Positions 11,162-22,500 of a stretch of 64,000 nucleotides of DNA are shown piece after piece. Positions within the stretch are counted from its first letter, which is position 1. Each line of letters opens with the position of its first letter. Under the pieces are notes generated by a model that saw only the letters and a list, made by a program, of their open reading frames with translations, was not told where the DNA came from and made no database searches. Source of the stretch: Opitutales bacterium (lineage in GTDB: Bacteria > Verrucomicrobiota > Verrucomicrobiia > Opitutales > UBA2987); contig CBDDEL010000013.1 in NCBI GenBank assembly GCA_965226885.1, forward strand, positions 256,001 to 320,000. Direction: 5' to 3'. The translations under genes and the position numbers were made by a program.

Positions 11162-11574
11162 ACCACAGTTCGTCCAGTTCAATGACATCATGGCGGCGGG
11201 CCGCAAGAATCGTGCTTTTGAGCGGTCGCAGCGATTGTCGTTTTTTTTAACCAACTCAAAACGGTGTTGGGACTCACCCCGAAGGCGCGCTGTAAACCGC
11301 GTAGACTGCTGCGTTCCTGATAGACTCGAAGGATCATTTCTTTTTGCTCTTCGGTGTATTTCACTGTGGGGTTTTCGCGGCTTTGTTTACCACAATCATG
11401 GCAGCGGTAGCGCTGTTTATGGTTGGGCGTCTTGCCAAATTTAATGATATTTTCACTTCCACAGTGCCGACAATTAATAATTTTAGTAACCATGCACTAA
11501 GAATAAGAATAAACTGCCTAACGCTATTTGTACAGCTAAAAATACAAAATAACATTCTTTTTTTATACACTACC
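11162..11574 (-). mobile_element. IS1-family element type A, truncated (insA only)
   Basis: IRL GGTAGTGTAT; InsA zinc finger CRHCGS..CHDC; ends just inside insB. Confidence 0.9.
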
Positions 11575-11599
11575 TCATTTGAAATAGTTCTGTAGTTTA

Positions 11600-13416
11600 G
11601 AGGCTGTCCCAAAAGGGTGATTTTTGCGAGGGCTTTTGATAGGCGCTCATTTTAGAGGTATTTGCATTTGGGAGAGTATCAACTTTGCTCTCCTATGACG
11701 TTAGGATACTGGTTTTGGGGTCCGGTTGCCTGGTTTTCTTTGTATGAGCCGACAGTAAGGCTGTGAAAAAGTATTGTCCTTGCTTTTCCGCTCTCTAGGC
11801 CGCCGCTTTGGTTTTTAGTTCGTCTTGCTGGGCCAGCATCTTGGCTACTTTCCATAGGTTGTGCGAGAGTACCGACCAGGCTACGCTGATCGAGCGGTTG
11901 GCAAAGCCTTTGCTGCGCAACCGCCCGGCCTGCCAGCGATTCTTCAATACCCCGATCCGCCCTTCGGTGCTGGCCCGGCGCTTTTGCAATTGTCTGAACA
12001 GTGGTTCCTCCCTCCGTTTTTTCAACTGCTTCGGATCGCGTGGACAGAGCGCGTCGTAGATTCCCTCCTGGGCTAACTGCCGGCGGGCCCGCTGGGAGGC
12101 AAATCCCCGGTCCGCGCACATGGCCGCTATGGGTTCTTCCAGGTTGAAGCGGTTCTGTCTTTGCAAACTCTCTTGCATTTGTTCATTTTCGCTTGGAGTT
12201 CGGCTGCCGTAGAGTTTCCAGTCCAGCAGGTACCCTTCAACGCTTTCTCCCAAAAACAGGGTGTTGCCGAACTCGACCTCTTGGCCCGCTTTACCTCGCA
12301 CAATCACCTGCCCATCGAGTTCGTAAACACTCAAGACTTTCTCTGCGTTTTTCACCTGCCGGCCGCCAATGATCCGCTCGTGCGCCTGTTTGATGACCAC
12401 CGGGATTTGCTCGCTCATGCGCTCCATCCGGGCGAGGATCTGTTGGACCTGTTTTTCGCTGTAATCGCTTTGCTCCCAGCAGGCTTGCAATAATTCCCGG
12501 TGACTGCGGGCATGCTCCCCGATCCGTTTGAGCAGCTTTTTCATCTGCCTCAAGATACCCTTGCGCTGCCGCGCGCTGTCCTTTCGCCGCCGGCTGTGGG
12601 TCATCTGTATGCACAGCCGATTCATCTGCCGAGCCAAGGGCTCCGGTTCGATCGGCATGCGATGGCGCAAACCGGCCTTCTCGCGGATCAGCCGGATCGC
12701 TTTGAGCAACGTGCCGGCTACATCCTTGAGTAATACCCAGTCCGTCGGCCAATGAATGTTAGCCTCCAAACAGGTGCCGTCGATCAGGCAAATGGTGGTG
12801 TCAATCGGCTTGTCCAATCCCACCTGCCGGGCCAGAAGGGCATCGCCCACCACCTCAGTCAAGGTCCGGTGCAAGGCCCTCAACTGCTCTTCGCTGAAAA
12901 ACTTCGAGGCCCGCTCCAGGGTGCTTTTGGAGATGCCCCTGATGCCATCGATCTGCCGGACACGGCAAAAGTCGGCCAACAGATCGCTGCTGCCCAGAGC
13001 CCGCGACAAATGCCGAAACGAAATCCCTCCGAGCAGACGGCCCAGCGTATCCATGCGCAGTGCCTTGATGGCAAAACTGGCCCGCTGCCGCCGGGCCTTT
13101 AGACCCATTGGCGGCCACCCCTCCAAGGCCAGCTCAATGGCCTGCGATTCCACCTCCGAGTCGATCAGCAGCCGATCGATTCGATCAATGGTGGCGCGGA
13201 AGTTATCGTAATCGAGGCACCGGTCGACCACAGTTAAAGCTGGACGCAGGAGGCATTGGATGGCTATATTTTTCATAGAAAGGGCTATATTGATTTTCGC
13301 TAACTCAATTATAGAACCCTTTTTTGGCCGGATCGAGCAAAAACTTGCTCTTTCCGGCTCTTTTTATCAACGTCATCCAGTTGACTATAAAATCTTTATA
13401 TTTTTGGGACAGCCTC
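11600..13416 (-). mobile_element. IS5/ISNCY-like element, complete
   Basis: Both IRs present; 7-bp target duplication TAGTTTA; transposase 11795-13276. Confidence 0.93.
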
Positions 13417-13646
13417 TAGTTTAGTTCATTCATAGTACGAACATCAACATCCATTGGGTCTTCACCGCCGAGTGAAAAAAATATATGAGTTAAGGATAGT
13501 CCATCAGTCTTACGAATATGGTACAAATAAACTCTTTGGTATCCATTGGGCAATTTGTATGGGCAGAATTGCCGGAAATGAAATTCTCTTTTCAGATCTA
13601 ATAAAAATGTTAGACCATGTTTTGTTTCTCGAATCCACCTGTTCAT
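13417..13646 (-). pseudogene. Sulfotransferase (Sulfotransfer_2-like) N-terminal fragment
   Basis: VYLYHIRKTDG resembles the 5'-PAPS motif HIxKTGG. The frame resumes as NYRTISN at 11575-11599 across the IS, then is cut by IS1. Confidence 0.6.
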
Positions 13647-13686
13647 TTGGAGAGAGCTTGTTTAGTTAAATAAAATAGAGTAATTT

Positions 13687-14877
13687 TCACCGGCGAATGA
13701 GGATTTGCAAAATCGCCTTATCGAGCCAGGAAGCTTTTTTAGGTGATTCGGCCATGGCAGCCTCCGCTGCCTTGAGGAGATTCGTGGCGAAGGTTTCTGG
13801 TGACCATTTAGAAATTATACGGCGGCTGGCTTCACCCATCGCTTTGTGGTCATGCTTGCCACTGCTGAATTCAAGCATTCGAGCAGCCAATTCCTCCTCC
13901 CGATAAGGATTGAATGTAAAACCATTTTCACCATTCAAAACCAGTTCAGGTACACAGCCGCAACGTTCAGAAACAAGCACTGGTAAACCGCTGGCCATAG
14001 CTTCATTGACCACCAGGCCCCACTGCTCGAATGTGCTGGTGTGAACAAATGCATTGGCCAATCCGTAATATTTGGTCAAATTGTCGTATTGTTTGAAACC
14101 GGGCATGAGAACGGCATCTTCAAGATTTAATTCCTTTCTGAGTTTAAGCAAGGTGGGCCGAAGGGGACCATCGCCCAGTAGGACCAGTTTCCATGCCTTG
14201 GCGTCCGCCAAAGCCTTATAACTGGCATAAGCACGAAGTAGTATGGGGAGGTTTTTCTTTTCCACAAAACGATTAGAACTCAAAAAGTAATTTTCCGCGA
14301 GATCTAATTGCTGCCTTAAACCTGAAGCATTAGATTGCGCCCGTTTTGCGCCGTTGGTAAAGTGATCGTTTTCCACCACATCGTAGCCTGTCCATATTTT
14401 TTCCCGTGGTATACCAAGATGATGCAGATAATCAGTTGCCAAAGAACCAGCAACCAATCCAGAACCACATAACCGGACGCACCGACGCTTTGGAAATTCC
14501 TTCCACCATTTTCGAGGCTTATCCTGATAATTGCTGTCGGACATTAAAATAACAGGCTTGTTTTTGGAAATGCACCACGAAATAGCAGCAAGAGGAGCTT
14601 CATAGAACCAACCGGGAACGGCCACAACATCCGGTTGAATTGAGTTCAAAACATCAAAAACCAATTTGTGAATTTTTACCCCTCCCTCCCTCAAAACGTT
14701 CGGATGCTCCAGCAAAGTTATGCGGTTAAAATTAGCGGATCCTTCCACCTTATCCCATTCATAAACGTCCCCCTTGGAAAATACCTCAATGGCATGCAAT
14801 TCACAATATAGACCGGAAGCCACAAGGCGGGAAATATGATACGGCCCGAAACAATGAAAAAGAATGCACAATTTCAC
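13687..14877 (-). CDS. Glycosyltransferase family 4
   Basis: RFVEKKN and EQWGLVVNEAMASGLPV motifs. Confidence 0.93.
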   Translation of the reverse strand: MKLCILFHCFGPYHISRLVASGLYCELHAIEVFSKGDVYEWDKVEGSANFNRITLLEHPNVLREGGVKIHKLVFDVLNSIQPDVVAVPGWFYEAPLAAISWCISKNKPVILMSDSNYQDKPRKWWKEFPKRRCVRLCGSGLVAGSLATDYLHHLGIPREKIWTGYDVVENDHFTNGAKRAQSNASGLRQQLDLAENYFLSSNRFVEKKNLPILLRAYASYKALADAKAWKLVLLGDGPLRPTLLKLRKELNLEDAVLMPGFKQYDNLTKYYGLANAFVHTSTFEQWGLVVNEAMASGLPVLVSERCGCVPELVLNGENGFTFNPYREEELAARMLEFSSGKHDHKAMGEASRRIISKWSPETFATNLLKAAEAAMAESPKKASWLDKAILQILIRR

Positions 14878-14889
14878 ATTATTGATAAT

Positions 14890-15771
14890 TTATATTTTAG
14901 TCCAATGAGTCAAGTCCCGGTCTAATATTTGGCTCAGGTCTTCGACTTCACTTTTAAGTTCGATTTTCAATCGATCCTTAATCTCTTGTCGAATAATTGG
15001 TTTAGGAGTATTTTTTCCCAAAAATATGGGGTACAACAAATCTAGGATAAAATGTCTGTATTTCTCCTTCATTATTGATATTCCAAGTTTTCTTAATTTT
15101 TGATGAGAACTAAAGAAACGTCGGATACTATAATTTTTTAAAGTGCGAGCAGGAAAGTAATTTTTAAAATCTGGAATAAAAGTTGGAGCAACTTCTAAAA
15201 ACTCTAAAGTTTTAAGATAAATAGATTCACTATTAGCAATGAAATCATCAAAAACAATTATGAAGACATTTTGTCTTTCAAAGACTTTTAAATATCTGGA
15301 TATGCTTTTTGAATATCGAACTTTATTTACATAATATGTTTCATCCTCAAAAATTGATAATTTTCTACAATCTTCATCATACAATGCTTTTTCAAGATCG
15401 AAAGTTTTCTGAACCCCATTAGCAATATGCATATGAAAGGCGGAGCAAATTGCGTCCACAGGGTTCCTGACCATTATAATTATTTTAGCTTCAGGATTGA
15501 ATAATTTAATATTTTCAGGAGCTACTCTTGAATAAAGATATGAAACAGATGCTTCACCAATCACCTTTTCATTATTAACTTTTGCAAATAATTTTAAATA
15601 ATTATTTAAATTCTTATTTAACCATTTCGCATGAAGATCAGGCTTATCTGAAGAAAAATAATTAATTTCTTTAATTTTTGGCATGAAAATATCAGGATGC
15701 TGCCTTAAGTAGGCCCACATTGAAGTAGTTCCACATTTAGGTGCGCCAACAATGAAAAAATTTGGTTTCAT
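14890..15771 (-). CDS. PAPS-dependent sulfotransferase
   Basis: GAPKCGTTS (5'-PSB), GEASVSY and RNPVDAICS (3'-PB) motifs. Confidence 0.92.
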   Translation of the reverse strand: MKPNFFIVGAPKCGTTSMWAYLRQHPDIFMPKIKEINYFSSDKPDLHAKWLNKNLNNYLKLFAKVNNEKVIGEASVSYLYSRVAPENIKLFNPEAKIIIMVRNPVDAICSAFHMHIANGVQKTFDLEKALYDEDCRKLSIFEDETYYVNKVRYSKSISRYLKVFERQNVFIIVFDDFIANSESIYLKTLEFLEVAPTFIPDFKNYFPARTLKNYSIRRFFSSHQKLRKLGISIMKEKYRHFILDLLYPIFLGKNTPKPIIRQEIKDRLKIELKSEVEDLSQILDRDLTHWTKI

Positions 15772-15793
15772 AATATTATTCAGAGATAAAAGA

Positions 15794-16674
15794 CTATTTA
15801 GGAATACCCCAATGTGAAAGATCTCGATTTAAGAGTTTGCTCAGATCTTCTACTTCACTTTTTAATTCTTCTTTTAATCGATTTTTTGTTGACTGACGTA
15901 TGATAGGAGTAGGTGATTTCTCATTCCCTAAAATTGGTGGTATCATATCTAAAATAAAATCCCTCCTTTTTTTATCAATATGACTCAATAGAAATCTTTT
16001 TAATCTTGGGTTCTTGGGTATTTGCTAAAATATCTAATAATTTTGTAATTTCTTCCAGAACGGGCTGGATTATAAATACGAAAATTCGGACAAATATTTG
16101 AATTTACTTCCAAAAATTTAAGAGCTTCTCTATAAACATATTTTGTATTTACCTTGAAATCATCGAATATAATTATAAAAAGATTTTTCCTACCAAAGAC
16201 ATCAATATACTGAGATATTCTTGATGAATATCGTACCCTATTTTGATAGAAAATATGATTATTTAATTGTTGTTTTTCAGCGTTTAAAGCATCTTCAAGA
16301 TCTGTAATTTTCTCTAGTCCATTTACCACATGCATATGAAATGCAGAACAAATTGCATCGACTGGATTTCTAATCATAATTATAATTTTAGATTTGGGAT
16401 TAAAACTCATTATATTTTCAGCAGCTACTTGTGAACGTAGGTAGGTAGGCGATGCTTCTCCTATCATTTTTTCATTGCGAGCTTTAGAAAATAGTTTTAA
16501 ATATGTTTCTATATCTGTAACTCGGTCTTTTTTAAATCGCAATATAATGTCCGTCGAAAAATATTGTGGTTCTTTCAATTTTGGCATGAAAATATCAGGA
16601 TGCTGCCTTAAGTAGGCCCACATTGAAGTAGTTCCACATTTAGGTGCGCCAACAATGAAAAAATTTGGTTTCAT
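15794..16674 (-). pseudogene. PAPS-dependent sulfotransferase, frameshifted near the C-terminus
   Basis: An 8-bp duplication, TCTTGGGT x2 at 16004-16019, splits the ORF. The 3' piece ends LNRDLSHW like its paralogs. Confidence 0.88.
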
Positions 16675-16933
16675 TTTAAAAATAATTTGGAAAAATACTA
16701 ATAAAATATTATATCTTGCTCATTAGACTTGTATCCATTTTTGGAAATTTTTTTGGACGCGGCCGTGACCGAAATATTTTCCATTTGGACAGAAAATTCT
16801 TTGTTCAAAGTTTTCCTCTTTATATTTCTTGTTGCGTCTTCTGGTTTCGACAACGTTCTTCGGGTAATGTCGAGATCGTATTTCATTAGTATGGGAGATT
16901 GATTTACAAAACTTCTCGGGAAAAATTGTCTTA

Positions 16934-18065
16934 TACCAAATCTCATTAGGTATTATAATAAGTTATTTGGCAGAAGCGTTTGCTTGAATGTGCTGCCAGC
17001 CTCCGCCAACTAAAGAGAGGACTTTTTCAGTGTCCTCCCACCAGTCTTTGAGATGGGTTGCGACGACTTCTTCGAGTCGCTCAATGCTCGGCCACAGTTT
17101 GTTGGCCGTTTGATCCTGTATCATATCCCAAAGTCTTTCAATCGGGTTGAGTTCAGGACTATACGGCGGCAAATTCACGATATGTATGCCCGGGGGGACG
17201 TTGGGGTGCTCCGAGTCGTGCGGATGGAAGCCTGCCCCGTCCCATACAACCACATGTTCCTCCTCAGGATATTGCTTTTTGATCTGTTGGAGGAAAGCCT
17301 CCGTCCACTGTAGATTCGTGCTAGGGGTTTGGATGCATACCATCTCGCCGTTGACCACGTCGAGGGCTCCGTAACAGTAGCTCCACTGGTATCTTGTCTG
17401 ATATTTTTTGTGCGGGCGAAGCCCTCTTTGCGTCCAGCACCGGCGGTACACCGGAAGCAAACCAAAACGGCTTTCATCGGCAAACCACACCCGAACCCGA
17501 TTGCCTCGGGTGAGGGAAAGCTCCTGGAGGATCTTAGAAAAGTCTCGCTTGAACGCTTCCGCTTTTGCCGAGTCCCGTTTCTCATGCACGGGGCGAGGGA
17601 CTCGAAGCACCCCGGCGCATTTTTTTAGCCATCGCCACACCGTCTTGTAGGCGAAGGAGCGCCCGAAATGTCGCTCCAGCTCTTGCCCCGCCTGAACGGC
17701 TGTGTTCCAGCGCGCGACCTTCAAACCATTGAGCAAGAAGGCCTCCACCTCTTTGTCGCAACGGCTTTTGATCCCGCCTTTGTAGGCGCGTGTAAGCACC
17801 GCCCCGAGCCCTGCAGCACGATATTTGTCAAACCAACGCTGGATCGTCGCTTTGCCTCGGCCCACGATGGCTCCAATTTCATCAATGCTGTGGTGCGGCT
17901 GGAAGCCCATTTTTAATGCCACCAAACGCTCTTTACGCCAGCCGACAGCCTCTTTGTTGAGCAATTTCTTGATACGTTCACGGTCTTCATCGGTTCCCAT
18001 ATATCTTCTCATTCCGCCTTTATAGCTGTTTTTTAATCTTTATCAATCCTTTTGCGATTTGGTAT
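16934..18065 (-). mobile_element. IS630-family element A (349-aa transposase, 16963-18012)
   Basis: FADESRF, WDGAGFH and LPPYSPELNPIE motifs; IR TACCAAATC; TA (or TTA) duplication. Confidence 0.93.
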
Positions 18066-18702
18066 TATTTGTCAGATTTAACATAAGAAGCCGATTAATC
18101 ATATCATGGTCTTCAAAACCCCAACCAATCCCCAACCAATAAAGCGTTCATCATATCCTCCTACGGCCAACCAGTCTTTTTTCAATAAACAAATCCTACC
18201 TGCAAGACCTCGACCATCTGAAGGGCCGCAGAGAAATATTTCGCCACGGCTAAGCATTGCTGATACGTAGGAAGAAAAAGACGGGCCAGTAAAATTATCC
18301 GCATCTATATTGCAAACGACATCTCCTTTAGAAAGGCGAACTGCCAAATTTTTAGAATGGGATTGAGAATAATACATGGTTTTCGGAAAATAATAATAAT
18401 TAACTCTTCCGGAATCGATATATGGTTTAAGCATAATTTTTGCCCATTTATCCGTTCTTGGATCTGGGCAATTGTAGTTTAGTAAAACAAATTCACAATT
18501 GGGGTATGTATCGTTGTCCTCGATATTCCTTAGGAAAGTTTCTTCCAAATGATCAAATCGATCTTTTACTGAAGTACAAAATGAAACAAAGGTTTTTGAT
18601 TCGTAGGCTCCACTAAGCCTTAAAGAGAGTAAATCTAGAAATCCAATAAGGTCAAGTCCGATATAATTAGTCTGTCGTCGGATATGTTTGAGATAATTTT
18701 TT

Positions 18703-19498
18703 GGTAGTGTTAACATTTTGAATGTTTAAGCTGTACTTTTCAGCGTGATTATACTGTAAACTGGGAATGATCCATATCACAGTAAAATGTCCTCAATGCG
18801 GAAGCGATCACATCATCAAGCACGGCAAGGATCCGAAAGGGGTTCAGAAGTATCGATGCAAGAGGTGTGGTTATCAGTTTCGGCTTCACCCCAAAAGCCG
18901 TGAGCATCCCCCAGCGCTGGTCAAGCAGGTGCTCCGTGCGCACCAAAACCGGATGAGCCTGCGTGCCATTTACCGTACCTTTGGAGTAGCCCCAAAGACG
19001 GTCATCGAATGGATTAAAAAAAAGTCCTGAGTTTGCCGAAGCTGGAGTCCACACTGCTTGCCCGCCAGTGTAATGATGTGCTGGAGCTGGACGAGGTGTG
19101 GTCCTTCTGGGGCGATAAGCGTTCGGGACAGGTATGGCTATGGGTAGCCTTGTGCCGACGTACCCGACAGGTCGTCGGGTTTTCTCTGGGTGATCGTAGC
19201 GATCAAATGTGCCGGCAGTTGTATCACAACATCGCCCAACCCTATCGCGACTGTGCCACCGTAAGCGATTACTGGGAAAGCTACGACAAGGTTTTCCCTC
19301 ACAACAGCGCCAGCGGGAAACAATCCGGCCAAACCGCCCATATCGAACGCTGGAACAATACCTTGCGACAGTCTCTGTCACGCTATGTGCGTAAAACGCT
19401 GTCATTCTCGAAGTCTTTGGTCATGCATTTTCGCGTCCTGTGCTTGTTCATCTGGGAATACAACAGCAATATCAAACATTCGTCATGTTAACACTACC
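18703..19498 (+). mobile_element. IS1-family element type B
   Basis: IRs GGTAGTGTTAACAT; InsA 18767-19030; InsB 19033-19491 via an A-tract -1 frameshift; near-perfect DR AATTTTT(T). Confidence 0.93.
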
Positions 19499-19537
19499 AA
19501 TTTTTAGCATGATAACTTAATTAGATGTAAAATTTAA

Positions 19538-19565
19538 AGTATAAATCTATATTTATTAAGGTCAA
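19538..19565 (-). promoter_or_regulatory. Putative sigma70 promoter of the GT2 gene
   Basis: TTGACC-N16-TATACT on the minus strand, about 25 bp upstream of the original ATG (19512). Confidence 0.45.
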
Positions 19566-19583
19566 GATTAGATTACTTATCAG

Positions 19584-20486
19584 TCATATAATCCAATGAG
19601 AAAGATCTCGATTTAAGAGTCTGCTAAGATCTTCTACTTCAACTTTTAGTTCATTTTTTAAACGAATTATTGTTCTATCAATTATAATGGGTTTAATATT
19701 TCTGTTATTTCTGTCAAAGTATGCGGATAAAATATTTCCTATCGAATGTCTAATATTTTCGTTAGTAACCATAACTAATATTTTTTTAAATAAAGGAGTT
19801 GTCACAAGCAATCGTCGAACTCTTAGATTCCGTACAGCCGAGGATGCGTTTCGTATTTCAAAATTAGGTAAATATTTATTTTGGATTTCAAGAAATTGGA
19901 GCGTTTCTTTATAAACTCTGCCGCTATCTTCTTTTATATCATCAAGAAGAATTATTTTAACGCATTTTTTGTCAAAGACATCGTAATATCTTTTAATTTG
20001 TTTTGAATAGCTAACGCTCTCTTTGTAACAACATAGATGATTAAACCGAATGTATTTTGGTATGGATATGCCTTTAAGCCGATCTATTTCTGCTTCGAGT
20101 GCCATTTCTAAATCCAATATATTTTCAGTTGTATTGGATACTAGCATTTTAAACATGGAGCAAACAGCATCGCAGGGATTTCTGAGCATAATTATTATAC
20201 GGGCATTGGGATTAAATTCCTTAATATTTTCAGCAGCTACCTTAGAATAAAGATAAGATGCTGATGCTTCACCAATACGTTTTTCATTACTAACATTGGC
20301 AAAAAGTTTCAAATATGTATTTATGTTTTTAATCCTGTAATCATGAGTCCTGCTTAAGAGATCCATCGAAAAATAATGTGGTTCCTTTAACTTAGACATA
20401 AATATATCGGGGTGCTGTTTTAGGTAGTAGTACATGGAAGAAGTTCCACATTTTGGAGCTCCAACAATGAAAAAATTTGGTTTCAT
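19584..20486 (-). CDS. PAPS-dependent sulfotransferase
   Basis: GAPKCGTSS, GEASASY and RNPCDAVCS motifs. Confidence 0.92.
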   Translation of the reverse strand: MKPNFFIVGAPKCGTSSMYYYLKQHPDIFMSKLKEPHYFSMDLLSRTHDYRIKNINTYLKLFANVSNEKRIGEASASYLYSKVAAENIKEFNPNARIIIMLRNPCDAVCSMFKMLVSNTTENILDLEMALEAEIDRLKGISIPKYIRFNHLCCYKESVSYSKQIKRYYDVFDKKCVKIILLDDIKEDSGRVYKETLQFLEIQNKYLPNFEIRNASSAVRNLRVRRLLVTTPLFKKILVMVTNENIRHSIGNILSAYFDRNNRNIKPIIIDRTIIRLKNELKVEVEDLSRLLNRDLSHWII

Positions 20487-20487
20487 T

Positions 20488-21420
20488 TCAATTTTTCATG
20501 TTTAATGGATTTAGATTATCTTCGATTTCAAAAAAATTAGTATAAATCTTTCTACGAAGCAATCTATAAATTATGTAAGTATTTAGACTTATCGGGTTAC
20601 GGCTGGACCATTCACTAAGTATAAATCTGAAACCTTTTAAAAGACTTTGAAGAGTTTGTAATAATTTGTCGCTATGCAAACCTTGTATTAAATTATTAAT
20701 GACTGTTGCAATAATATGAAAGGGTAGAATGCACGTTGGTGTATTTAACCATGGCAGTATAATATGATTACGAACCCTAATATTAAATCGGAAAACATTT
20801 TCCCTCTTAGGTGAAAGAAAATGAGAAATTGGTACAGAATAACCTAACCTTACTACGTAGCCATCATCTAACATCCGAATAGATATATCAGATTCTTCAG
20901 CGTCCATAAATAATATATCTCTAAATCCTTTCTGGTCAAGAAAGATATCTTTTCGTACGGCAAAACCAACGCCTGTAAATGTATGAATAATATAAAAACC
21001 CTCTTTATTGGGGGAACGCTGATAAATTTTATTACCAAGATATATATTAATATAGGGTATAGTAACAACGGCGACACGAGGATGATCAAAATATACAAGT
21101 ATCTGTTCTATTGTTTTGGTATCTTTAAATTCAGTATCATCATCGATGAATACGACTATTGGACTACTAGCTAGTTTAGTGCCAAAATTTCGTTGAACGA
21201 TGGGACCGATTGATTTTTCCGAACCTACAAACTTTACCCTAGAAAATTCTTTAACCATCATATCAGCAGTTCCGTCGGTTGAAGCATCGTCAAGTACAAT
21301 AACTTCAGGTTTAATGGATTGTTTAAGGACTGATAGCAAACAAATACGCAATTCTTCCTTGCGGTTCTTTGTTGGTATTACTACTGAAACTATTTTGTCG
21401 TGAATCATCAAAATGAACAA
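20488..21420 (-). CDS. Glycosyltransferase family 2
   Basis: VSVVIPTKNR, DDASTD, FIDDD and EESD motifs. Confidence 0.92.
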   Translation of the reverse strand: MFILMIHDKIVSVVIPTKNRKEELRICLLSVLKQSIKPEVIVLDDASTDGTADMMVKEFSRVKFVGSEKSIGPIVQRNFGTKLASSPIVVFIDDDTEFKDTKTIEQILVYFDHPRVAVVTIPYINIYLGNKIYQRSPNKEGFYIIHTFTGVGFAVRKDIFLDQKGFRDILFMDAEESDISIRMLDDGYVVRLGYSVPISHFLSPKRENVFRFNIRVRNHIILPWLNTPTCILPFHIIATVINNLIQGLHSDKLLQTLQSLLKGFRFILSEWSSRNPISLNTYIIYRLLRRKIYTNFFEIEDNLNPLNMKN

Positions 21421-21535
21421 GTAAATGAATATACAAATAGATGCTAAATTAAAATATTAGATTTAAATAAATTATTAATTTTTTTAATAGGGGTAAAAAA
21501 GGGGTTCGGTAACAATTTCTCTAGAGAGTGATAAA

Positions 21536-22227
21536 TTATATAAGGTAAAATTTTATTTTGTTGCGAGTATAAACGTTATTAATAAATTTATCTTGTAAGA
21601 TCAACTCTTTATCTAAGAATATGGCAAAAATACCACCGTCGATCTTAAAAGCTTTAAACTTTCGTTTTTGTTTTTTTAAATTCTTGCATATTTGACTAAT
21701 TGCGGGATAGATGATATATAAATCATGAAAAAGAATAGTGCAATCCTTAGAAAATATTTTAATGCAAAAAGAAAATCAGAAAGAACTGCATTCTTAGTAT
21801 GTTCCCCATCTATAAAAATTACATTTGGTTTTAAATTGATCTCTGATGGTTCAATACCTTTAGTATCTGTTTCAAAACATTCAATTTTCGATATCTCTGA
21901 AGCGTCAATTTCACCAAGTAATTTTAACATTCTTTCTGAAGAATTATTTTTGTAAGTAGGCATGTAGTTTTTAGAACGATCATCTGGAACAATATTAGGC
22001 CTTGAATCAATTGAATATATCTTTTTACAGCGTTGATCCAGCAGAAATGGGTGGATAGTCCCTCCCATGTAGGACCCAATTTCTAAATAAAAGAAATCAC
22101 CTTTATTAATTGCCGTTGCTCTTTGAACTGCAAGAAGTGATTGTTTATCATCGTCAGACGTTGTTGATGGAATTGCGTTAAACAATGAGACATCTAAATT
22201 ATTGATTCTTTGTATGGTGGTAGTCAT
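21536..22227 (-). pseudogene. Class I SAM methyltransferase (Methyltransf_24-like), frameshifted
   Basis: YLEIGSYMGG and IFIDGEHT motifs. The expected ILFHD motif lies in another frame after a homopolymer near 21768 (could be a sequencing error). Confidence 0.75.
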
Positions 22228-22500
22228 TCGAAAGAGAAAAATGGGATATTTCGTAATATATTGTGGAAATAAAAGTTAGGAATGACTTCGATTGTCAGTC
22301 AAGATAGAACGTTGAAGGAGTATTGTCATTGATTGGTAAATTCAATAAAAAGTTATAAGAGAAAAGAATGCGTAATGAGGGTCTTTTGAAGAAAAAACAT
22401 TTTAATTCCTGAGTCAATGGCATTTTCTTTTTCAAGCAATTATTTCAATGAATTTAAGGGGATACCACTATATTCTGCAATATAGGCTAATTAGATATAT

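Larger units (their letters stand above)
16723..19512 (-). pseudogene. Glycosyltransferase family 2 with three separate disruptions
   Basis: NIDAD and GGYDERFIGWG motifs. IS1-B is inserted near codon 3, an 11-bp duplication lies at 18119-18140, and IS630 is at 16934-18065. Removing these restores ...GFEDHDMINRL...PNGKYFGHGRVQKNFQKWIQV*. Confidence 0.85.

Noticed and set aside
16698..16946. 82-aa ORF as a separate gene
   Set aside because: It is an off-frame reading of the interrupted GT2 C-terminus and starts inside IS630.
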